Origin: Candidatus Woesearchaeota archaeon B3_Woes
GTDB lineage: Archaea > Nanobdellota > Nanobdellia > Woesearchaeales > B3-WOES
NCBI GenBank assembly: GCA_005222965.1
Contig: NJBG01000001.1
Location: forward strand, 270,323-334,322
Length of the DNA: 64,000 bases
Reading direction: 5' to 3'
The position numbers were made by a program, and so were the translations under genes. This document shows, piece by piece, positions 48,702 to 56,516 of this stretch. Each line of letters opens with the position of its first letter. Positions within the stretch are counted from its first letter, which is position 1. The notes beneath the pieces are model-generated. The model did no database searches and was not told the origin of the DNA. It saw only the letters and a program-made list of their open reading frames with translations.

Positions 48702-49436
48702 CAAAACAAGCATTAACAGAATTCCAAAAACTAAACTTAATAATTGAGCAAAAGATTTTGAACCACTGCATTCTTTATGCATTTCAGGTATTAAATCAGA
48801 ACCAGCAATATAAATAAAACCTCCTGCAGCTATTGGCAACAAAATTACAGAAAACTCAATAGCTTTATATCCAATTATCAAAGAAACAATTACTCCAAAA
48901 ACAGATGTTAAAGCAGATAAAAAATTCAACAATAAAGCTTTTGATTTTTTAAACCCGCCATGTAATAAAACACCAAAATCTCCAATCTCCTGAGGAATCT
49001 CATGTAATATAACAGCAATTGTTGTAGTAAATCCCAATGGAATACTAATAAGATAACTTGCTCCAATTATCAAACCATCAATAAAATTATGAAGACCATC
49101 TCCAATTAGATTCATTATTGCAAATGGGTGTGGATGCCTTTTAGATGTTGGAATATGACAGTGTCTCCAATGTATAAATTTTTCAAGTATAAGAAAGAAT
49201 AATATACCAGATAAAATCAATAAAGAAACTATTCTTGTTGAACTAATATTTTCCAAAGCTTCTGGAATTAGATGTAAAAAAGCTCCTCCAAATAAAGCAC
49301 CTGCAGAAAAACTAACCAATAATAATAATATTTTCTGAAGAAACTTAGCTTTTATTGCTAATGTTACAACACCAATGAATGAAATTAAACTTATAATAAT
49401 CACGCTCAATAAAGAATATAACCAAACATTATTCAT
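48690..49436 (-). CDS. ZIP family metal transporter
   Basis: HLIPE, HNFIDG, HEIPQEIGDF, DLIPE. Confidence 0.93.
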   Translation of the reverse strand: MNNVWLYSLLSVIIISLISFIGVVTLAIKAKFLQKILLLLVSFSAGALFGGAFLHLIPEALENISSTRIVSLLILSGILFFLILEKFIHWRHCHIPTSKRHPHPFAIMNLIGDGLHNFIDGLIIGASYLISIPLGFTTTIAVILHEIPQEIGDFGVLLHGGFKKSKALLLNFLSALTSVFGVIVSLIIGYKAIEFSVILLPIAAGGFIYIAGSDLIPEMHKECSGSKSFAQLLSLVFGILLMLVLLWF

Positions 49437-50218
49437 TTGAATTTACTCCTTTGATTAGGCTTATAAAGTTTTTGTTTGATTAAAAAATATAAACCAACAA
49501 TAACAAAAATTACAGAAAGATATTGCCACACAGTCAATCCAATAATCCTTGCATCTTCCCTAACAAAGTCAGTAATAAACCTTAAAACAGAATAACCAAT
49601 AACAAATGTTGTGAATATTAAACCATTTCTCAACTTCTTAGTATTTTTAATTTTATTAACAAATAACAAAATACCTAATAAAACTACATGTGAAAAAGAA
49701 GCATATATTTGATAAGGGTGTCTGCAAACATAGTCTATTTTCGGGAATATAACACACCAAAAAACATTTGAAGGTGTTCCAATTAATTCACCATTTATAA
49801 AATTGGCAATTCGACCTAAAATTAGCCCAATTGTAGCTGCTATAACAATTATATCTGCAAATTTTTTCCAATCTAACTTTATTTTCTTCAAATAAAAAGT
49901 AGCTGCTAAAAAACAACCAACCAAAGCTCCAAAAAAAGACATTCCACCTTGCCATATCCTAAAGATCTCTAAAGGATTTCTTACAAAAACCAAAGGATCT
50001 GAAAATAAAAAATGAAAAAACCTGGCTCCAAGAAGCAATCCTAAAAAGAGAAATAATATCAAATTATCGACTTGATCTCTTGTTATTTTAAGCTCTTTTC
50101 TTTTCTTATAAATAAGCCAATAAACCAATAAAAAACCAAAAGCATAAACAATTCCATAAAACCTCACTTCTAAGAAACTTATTTTCAACAATGTTGGATC
50201 TATATTGTGGACAAACAT
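49433..50218 (-). CDS. lgt: Prolipoprotein diacylglyceryl transferase homolog
   Basis: IDP...RFYG, GARF, WQGGMS, GRIANFINGELIG, RHPYQIY, RFITDFVR. Confidence 0.9.
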   Translation of the reverse strand: MFVHNIDPTLLKISFLEVRFYGIVYAFGFLLVYWLIYKKRKELKITRDQVDNLILFLFLGLLLGARFFHFLFSDPLVFVRNPLEIFRIWQGGMSFFGALVGCFLAATFYLKKIKLDWKKFADIIVIAATIGLILGRIANFINGELIGTPSNVFWCVIFPKIDYVCRHPYQIYASFSHVVLLGILLFVNKIKNTKKLRNGLIFTTFVIGYSVLRFITDFVREDARIIGLTVWQYLSVIFVIVGLYFLIKQKLYKPNQRSKFK

Positions 50219-50228
50219 TTTAAATTAA

Positions 50229-50503
50229 GTGGAAGGCGCGTTTGAAAATTGATATTAGAAATATTCAAAGGCAACCCCAACTCTTCCTCCATCCCGCAAC
50301 CCATTGAGCATCTATCTAATTAGTTAGAGCTGCTCGGTTCCCCGCCTGACTCGGTTTCTAAAAAAACAGATCCCAAAGGACGGAACTTCAACGTCCAAGT
50401 TAAGACCTTTAAATATAACCAACACCTCCTCCCAAACTTCGACTCCGTCTAAAGCGTATTTACGGTTACAGGAGAGCGCTAACCCCCCAGTCTAGCCTTC
50501 CAT
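50229..50503 (-). ncRNA. ffs: Archaeal signal recognition particle (7S) RNA
   Basis: Terminal helix GGAAGGC/GCCTTCC; Alu-like 5' part GGGGGGTTAGCG...CCTGTAACC; helix 8 TCAGGCGG-GGAA-CCGAGCAGC. Confidence 0.9.
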
Positions 50504-50603
50504 AAGACACTAATATTTATGGCTTTTTAAGGATTATGGTTTTAATAGAAAAAAACATAATTTATTTAAACACAGACTTCTTACTTAACTTGAGGGGGAT
50601 TAT

Positions 50604-51443
50604 ATGGAAAATCAAATACTTTTCTTAGGAACTGGAGGGGATGAAGTTATAGTTAGTAAGCAAATTAGAGCTTCTGGAGGTATAATAATAAATACAGAAG
50701 GTTATCAATTCCACATTGATCCTGGCCCAGGTGCATTAGTTCAGGCAAAGAAATATAATGTGAATATAAGAGAAAATACTGCAGTATTAGTAAGTCACGC
50801 TCATATTAACCATTGCAATGATGTTAATGCTGTTTTAGCTGCAATGAGTCATAATAAACTTGACATAAAAGGTGTATTAATTGCTAACGATACTCTGGTT
50901 AATGGTGATGAAAAAACAAGACCCTACATAACAGAATTCCACAAACAATGTGTAGAAAGAGTCATTGTACCTAGTCCTGGCCAAAGAGTAGGTATAGAAA
51001 ATATTGAAATAGTAATGTTAAAAGCGAAGCATACAGACCCAAAAACAATCGGTTTTAAGTTTATTACACCAAAGTTTATCTTAGTATATTCTTCAGATAC
51101 AAGATATAATCCTGAACTAATAAGAGAATATGCAGATGCAGATATACTAATACTTAATGTAGTTGGTCCATTTGATAAAAAAAGAGAATTTAATCTTGGT
51201 TCAGATGATGCAATTAATATAATAAAAAGAGTCAATCCAAAACTTGCAATACTAACTCATTTTGGAAAAGATATGATTGAAGCAAATCCAGTCTATCAGG
51301 CAAGAGAAATAGGCAGAATGACAGATGCCCACGTTATAGCAGCAGATGATGGAACAACTATAGACCCTTTAGCCTACTCATCTAAAACAAGACAAAAAAG
51401 ATTAGAATCCTTTGAAGAATCTGAAGTTAAAACAGAAGAATGA
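50604..51443 (+). CDS. Metallo-beta-lactamase fold hydrolase
   Basis: FLGTGG, IDPGPG, SHAHINH, YSSDT, LTHFG. Confidence 0.88.
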   Translation: MENQILFLGTGGDEVIVSKQIRASGGIIINTEGYQFHIDPGPGALVQAKKYNVNIRENTAVLVSHAHINHCNDVNAVLAAMSHNKLDIKGVLIANDTLVNGDEKTRPYITEFHKQCVERVIVPSPGQRVGIENIEIVMLKAKHTDPKTIGFKFITPKFILVYSSDTRYNPELIREYADADILILNVVGPFDKKREFNLGSDDAINIIKRVNPKLAILTHFGKDMIEANPVYQAREIGRMTDAHVIAADDGTTIDPLAYSSKTRQKRLESFEESEVKTEE

Positions 51444-51856
51444 ATTTTGAAAATTTTTCATTAGCTGCAAAATCTTTTATCATGAATGATAATAAATTGT
51501 TGATAATAAAAAGATCAGATGATAATGTTCAAAAACCAGGTATATGGGAAGTACCAGGGGGAAGACTAGGTCTAGAAGAAAACCACATAGAGGGTCTTAA
51601 AAGAGAAATAAAAGAAGAAACAGGCCTTAATATTGAAGTTGTAAGACCCTTAACATTAAGAAAATTTACAAGGGATGATAATCAAAGAATAGAATTGACT
51701 AATTTTCTATGCAAGCTATCAAATCCATTAGACAAAAATATAAAATTAAGTCAAGAGCATACAAACTCTGAATGGATTGGTTTGGATGATGTTAAAAACA
51801 AAATAACCTCTTTTTTCTATAAGGAAATTGATTTAATAAAAAATCTAGAAATTTAG
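51440..51856 (+). CDS. NUDIX hydrolase
   Basis: PGG.....E......REIKEETGL Nudix box. Confidence 0.92.
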   Translation: MNFENFSLAAKSFIMNDNKLLIIKRSDDNVQKPGIWEVPGGRLGLEENHIEGLKREIKEETGLNIEVVRPLTLRKFTRDDNQRIELTNFLCKLSNPLDKNIKLSQEHTNSEWIGLDDVKNKITSFFYKEIDLIKNLEI

Positions 51857-52819
51857 ATGTTCTTTTAATTCATAATCCAAACGAGCGCCTGTTTGTTCAA
51901 TAACTTTTGTGGCAGCATAAGACGCTATTTTTCCAGCATCTTCTAAACTAAGTTTATTAGATATACTATACAAAATTCCAGCAGCATATATATCTCCTGC
52001 ACCAGTTGTATCGACAACTTTTTTAGGTTTATAAGCTTTAAATCTTAAAACTTTATTTTTAGTTTTAATTATAGAACCACATTCCCCTAATTTTATTATT
52101 GCTAATTTAACCATACGAGAAACATCTAAAAGTGCTTCTTCTTCATTTTTACCTGTAAATGATCTTGCTTCGTCTTCATTCAAAAACAGAATATCACAAT
52201 ATTTTTTTACTATTTTCTTAAAATCCTCTAAATTTCTTTCTATTAGAGCTGAATCAGATAAATCAATTGAAATAATTACACCATTTCTCTTAGCTATTTT
52301 CATAGCATGTAAAGATGCTTTTCTAAGATTTAAATTTTCAAGCATATATCCTTCTAAATGTAATATTTTGCTTTTCAATAATTCTTTTTTATTAATATCT
52401 TTTTTACTAAATTTCACAGCACTTCCAAGATATGTTATAAATGTTCTTTCAGAATCTTTTGTTATTAATGAGATTACATTACCAGTACCAACATCATCTT
52501 TTTTCAGATCACAATGAACTCCTTGTCTCATCATAATCATTTCATAGTCAAATCCTAATTTATCGCGTCCTACTTTTCCTGTAAAAAAAGATTTCCCGCC
52601 TAAATTAGCTACACCCGCAATAGTGTTTGAAACAGAACCTCCTGCTTGTTTTTTAGAATTTTTGTTTTTTAAAAAATTTGTAACAAAACTAACATGCGCT
52701 TCTTCAACTAAGTGCATTGTTCCTTTTTTTAGTTCTAAATCATTAATATCCCTATCGTCAACTTCAACTAAAGTGTCCATTAATGCATTTCCTATTCCAA
52801 AAACATCATATTTTTTCAT
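51845..52819 (-). CDS. PfkB family kinase, adenosine kinase-like
   Basis: GIGNALMD, AGGS, FLNEDEA, DTTGAGD. Confidence 0.88.
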   Translation of the reverse strand: MKKYDVFGIGNALMDTLVEVDDRDINDLELKKGTMHLVEEAHVSFVTNFLKNKNSKKQAGGSVSNTIAGVANLGGKSFFTGKVGRDKLGFDYEMIMMRQGVHCDLKKDDVGTGNVISLITKDSERTFITYLGSAVKFSKKDINKKELLKSKILHLEGYMLENLNLRKASLHAMKIAKRNGVIISIDLSDSALIERNLEDFKKIVKKYCDILFLNEDEARSFTGKNEEEALLDVSRMVKLAIIKLGECGSIIKTKNKVLRFKAYKPKKVVDTTGAGDIYAAGILYSISNKLSLEDAGKIASYAATKVIEQTGARLDYELKEHLNF

Positions 52820-52870
52820 ATATTAAAACTAAAAATTAGCACTATTTAAATCTTCCTATTGTAACTACTC

Positions 52871-53836
52871 TTAAGAAGTTATAAATAAAGAGTCAAACTC
52901 TTCTAAATATTTCTGAGCAATCTCTCTATTATGTATTATTAATATATTCTCATCATTTTTTGTATTGGCAGATTTGGTTGGATTATAACTGCCAGTTATA
53001 ACAGTCTTATTGTCTATTATAAACACCTTATGGTGCATGGTATAAGGGTTTGTATCTTTTTTAACTATTATTCCATTCATAACCAAATTGTTATATTGGT
53101 TATATTGCATGTTTGTTCTTTTTGATTCCAGAACCCCTTTTACATCTAAACCTGCTCGTTTTTTTAGAGCTAATAATTCAACAATATCAAAATCTGTAAA
53201 TGAAAATATCATAAAATATATACTCTGAGTAGCTTTTTCTAAAATATCAAGAACGTGTTGTTTACAATTATCTTCAGGGCAAAAATAATTTTCATATTTT
53301 TTATTATTTAAGTAAACAATTGGTTCTACTGTTTTATGACCTTTTCCAAAATTATAATTCCATAATTCATTAAATTCTAATTCATAATTATTAGCTAAGT
53401 TTCTAGATTCAATAATAATAACATTATTGTTATTTTTATAAGCTCCATTGTTAGTAGGATTAAAGCTTCCTGTCCATAAAATTTTATTATCAAACACACA
53501 AAATTTATTATGAGTTAATTGAGAAGAGGTATCTTTAATAATTCCTCTTCCACTCATCTTTTTGTCAAAATTAGTATTATCAATTACAACTTTAATATCA
53601 ATCTCTTTGCTTTTTTCAGATAAGGTCTTTAAAACATTCTCTAAATCTATATCGAATAAAGCGCAATGTACACTTTTATCTGAATTATTTATATATCCTA
53701 TTAACAAATCTTCACAAGGATCATAAGGACAAAAAAACACTAAAGGTTTTTCTACTATTTCTTTTACCACATTACCAGTAATATCATACACACAACCGCT
53801 TATAATAAGAATTATTAATAAAAATATTAATTTCAT
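52871..53836 (-). CDS. Phospholipase D superfamily lipoprotein (two HxK motifs)
   Basis: Lipobox ISGC; HNKFCVFD...TGSFN and HHKVFIID...TGSYN. Confidence 0.88.
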   Translation of the reverse strand: MKLIFLLIILIISGCVYDITGNVVKEIVEKPLVFFCPYDPCEDLLIGYINNSDKSVHCALFDIDLENVLKTLSEKSKEIDIKVVIDNTNFDKKMSGRGIIKDTSSQLTHNKFCVFDNKILWTGSFNPTNNGAYKNNNNVIIIESRNLANNYELEFNELWNYNFGKGHKTVEPIVYLNNKKYENYFCPEDNCKQHVLDILEKATQSIYFMIFSFTDFDIVELLALKKRAGLDVKGVLESKRTNMQYNQYNNLVMNGIIVKKDTNPYTMHHKVFIIDNKTVITGSYNPTKSANTKNDENILIIHNREIAQKYLEEFDSLFITS

Positions 53837-54279
53837 TTCAAAGATTCTATACTTTTTGCTAAGCTAAACCTTGTCTGAGGATATGATTTTTCAAGACTAT
53901 CAAGAAGCTCTTTTATTTTTTTATTCTTCTTATTAGGACTAAACTTAATATGATTATACCTGGAAAACAACAGCGCCTCTTTGTCTGTTATTGTTCTTAA
54001 TAATTTAATTTCTTTGACTTGTTTTTTCTTTTTATTATAGAATAATTTTTCAAGAAAATCATTGCATTCATCATCTAAAGTGTATTTTATAACCTTCTTA
54101 TTGGCCTTTTTTAGATCATTTGTAAATGTCTTTGGCAAAGTGCCTATGATTTTATCTATAAAAAATCTGCTTAATTTATCCTTAACATATATCCTATCAT
54201 TCTTCTGAAACAGCTTATTTACTCTTATATCTTTTCTTATTCTTTTCTCTATATTTTTAAAAAATTTTGATTTTTCCAT
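53833..54279 (-). CDS. Minimal, catalytically degenerate TtuA/TtcA/Ctu-like protein
   Basis: IEKRIRK.IR...F.KND.I, TLDDE, IKLLR.I.DKE, LE..YP..RFSL; no SGGKDS P-loop and no CxxC motifs. Confidence 0.55.
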   Translation of the reverse strand: MEKSKFFKNIEKRIRKDIRVNKLFQKNDRIYVKDKLSRFFIDKIIGTLPKTFTNDLKKANKKVIKYTLDDECNDFLEKLFYNKKKKQVKEIKLLRTITDKEALLFSRYNHIKFSPNKKNKKIKELLDSLEKSYPQTRFSLAKSIESLK

Positions 54280-54339
54280 AGAGAAATATACAATATATTC
54301 AGTATATTAATCATTTGTTACTACTTAGGAATGGAATAA

Positions 54340-54434
54340 AAACGAAAGATTTATATATAAGTTATACCACTCTATAGTAATATAAATATCACCTCTTTTT
54401 CCTAGGACACCTCTTCGGAGGTCTCCTGGGTTTT
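54340..54434 (+). ncRNA. Candidate promoter plus short hairpin RNA/terminator
   Basis: gaaagatttatata promoter at ~54344-54357; 13-bp stem with one mismatch and a C(UUCG)G loop at 54401-54430, followed by tttt. Confidence 0.5.
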
Positions 54435-54437
54435 AAA

Positions 54438-56204
54438 TCATTTCTTAGGCTTTTTCTTTCCTATCCATATACCTATCAATAATCCAGAAATAAAGATTAA
54501 AACAAAACTCACAACATTATTATCAAAGTCAATATTAAAATCAATCTTCTTACTTTTTTCTTTAAAATATATATCTAAGTTAGACAACTCCAAACTATAT
54601 TCAACAAAAAGCATGCTCGAAAAAATATCCCTTTCTTTTAAGTCATTTGCGTATTCATAATAAGAATACCCTATTACAGGGAATACTCCTTCTCGTTGAC
54701 CCTCTATTATATTATTTTTAATAATATCTAATTTTTGATTAGTTACATCAAGCAATTGTGATTCTTCAACCCCAATTGTATTCAATATTAGATCAGAATT
54801 TGCTTTTGCTTTTGATGCCTTAAACAAACACAATTCATAATCTCCATTCTCTAGGTCATTTTTAGCCAAATTAATCTCTTTTTGTGTATCTTCAAAATTA
54901 TTTAAAGAAAAAGTATTTAGATAATTATAACGCTCTTCTGCTTCATAGATCTTATCCATACATGATTTTTTTATATCTTCTTCATTTATTACAAATTCTT
55001 TTTGGCCTTTATCAAAAAAAACAGACCAGGAAATAGCAGAATTTAATCTTTCCATGCCATAGGATAAATAATAGATCTTTTCTGTTGTGTTTTCTACATC
55101 TAAAACCTTATCTATGTTTTCTTCAGCCTCAATAATTCTCTCTTTTACAATCATATATGTTTCTAAATCTGTTATTGTTTTAAGTTTTTTCTCATCAATA
55201 ACCTTATTCATATTAGCTATGTGGCTTTTTATTTCAGTTATTTTTGTTAATATTTCACTATTAGTTAGATCTTCTTGTTTAAGTGTTAAATAAGCAAATT
55301 TTGTATTTGCTCCAAAACAATAAGATGCTGCAGAATAATACTTTTCATTTTCTACTGCTTTTTTGTATCTTTTGGTTAAATTAACAGCATTCTCAAAAAT
55401 TTTTTGATCACTATCCTCAAATTCATTAATGGATAATTCTTTTTGAAAATTAAGTGCTTTTGAACACAAACCATTTGTTACAGATTTCATTGTTTCCATA
55501 TACTCTTTGTCTATCTCTAATGTTTGATTCAATTTTTTTATTTCTCTTCCAGTTATATAATATAAAACTTCATCTATTGTAGAAACTTCTAAAACATTTA
55601 CCCCTTTGCTTTTTCCATATTTTATCAAATCAATAATTGATTTATTTTCTATAGATATATTGATTACATAATCTGCTATTGTAATATTTTCAATTTCAGC
55701 TGTTCTTTCTCCGTGTGGGATTAATATTGTGATAATTCCAATTTCAGAAGCAGCATCTATCTTTTCTTTTAATCCACCAACAGGACCGATTAATCCTCCA
55801 GAATTTATAGTTCCTGTTATTGTTATGTTTTCATTTAATTCTAAATTTTCTAAAGCTGCAATTGTCAATAATGTAATTGCAGCACCTGCAGAAGGCCCGC
55901 CAACAATAACAGAATCGGATTTTATAGTATAAATAAAATCATAATTACTGCAATCAAAATCTATTTCTGAACAGGCAATTTCTTTTGCAAATCTTGTAGA
56001 CATTTGTGTGTCAAGTTTTGTTAGAGGATAAGTATCAAGAAAGATTCTTCCTTTGCCTTTTTGTATCTCTAAATAAAGATCTGCAGTTGAACCTTCAAAA
56101 CCAGATGTTGTTTCTCTAACAGCCAACAAAGGTATATGATACTCTTTTGCATATACAAAAGGCATTATCAACAAAAACATAAGTAGAATAATTATCTTTT
56201 TCAT
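54438..56204 (-). CDS. Secreted, membrane-anchored S16 (Lon-like) serine protease without ATPase domain
   Basis: Signal peptide; VGGPSAG (Ser), TGTINSGG.IGPVGGLKEK (Lys); helical region; C-terminal TM. Confidence 0.88.
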   Translation of the reverse strand: MKKIIILLMFLLIMPFVYAKEYHIPLLAVRETTSGFEGSTADLYLEIQKGKGRIFLDTYPLTKLDTQMSTRFAKEIACSEIDFDCSNYDFIYTIKSDSVIVGGPSAGAAITLLTIAALENLELNENITITGTINSGGLIGPVGGLKEKIDAASEIGIITILIPHGERTAEIENITIADYVINISIENKSIIDLIKYGKSKGVNVLEVSTIDEVLYYITGREIKKLNQTLEIDKEYMETMKSVTNGLCSKALNFQKELSINEFEDSDQKIFENAVNLTKRYKKAVENEKYYSAASYCFGANTKFAYLTLKQEDLTNSEILTKITEIKSHIANMNKVIDEKKLKTITDLETYMIVKERIIEAEENIDKVLDVENTTEKIYYLSYGMERLNSAISWSVFFDKGQKEFVINEEDIKKSCMDKIYEAEERYNYLNTFSLNNFEDTQKEINLAKNDLENGDYELCLFKASKAKANSDLILNTIGVEESQLLDVTNQKLDIIKNNIIEGQREGVFPVIGYSYYEYANDLKERDIFSSMLFVEYSLELSNLDIYFKEKSKKIDFNIDFDNNVVSFVLIFISGLLIGIWIGKKKPKK

Positions 56205-56290
56205 GGGAATAATTTGTTATTAAAGATATATAAAGATTACTAAATTGATCATGATATTTTTATGTTGATTGTATATTCTAAAACAACAAT

Positions 56291-56359
56291 CTTTATATAC
56301 TATTAGTACTAATTAAGGTATAATTAAGTATTTAATTAATAATATATTAGTACTAATAT
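56291..56359 (+). promoter_or_regulatory. TATA box plus two copies of a palindromic operator
   Basis: ctttatatact, then attagtactaat (56302-56313); atattagtactaatat (56344-56359) overlaps the ATG. Confidence 0.8.
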
Positions 56360-56516
56360 GGTAAAAGTTGTAGTAAATAATGGACAGTATAAGATAACTA
56401 TTCCTAAAGAACTAGCTCTAGCTAAAGGCTGGAATAAGAAAACAATTCTAAGATTTGTTGAAGATCAAGATGGAAATATCATATTGAAAGAGGTTAAACT
56501 AAAGAAAAACGAATAA
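56358..56516 (+). CDS. AbrB/MazE/SpoVT-family DNA-binding protein (52 aa; not in ORF track)
   Basis: MVKVVVNNGQYKITIPKELALAKGWNKKTILRFVEDQDGNIILKEVKLKKNE. Confidence 0.85.
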   Translation: MVKVVVNNGQYKITIPKELALAKGWNKKTILRFVEDQDGNIILKEVKLKKNE

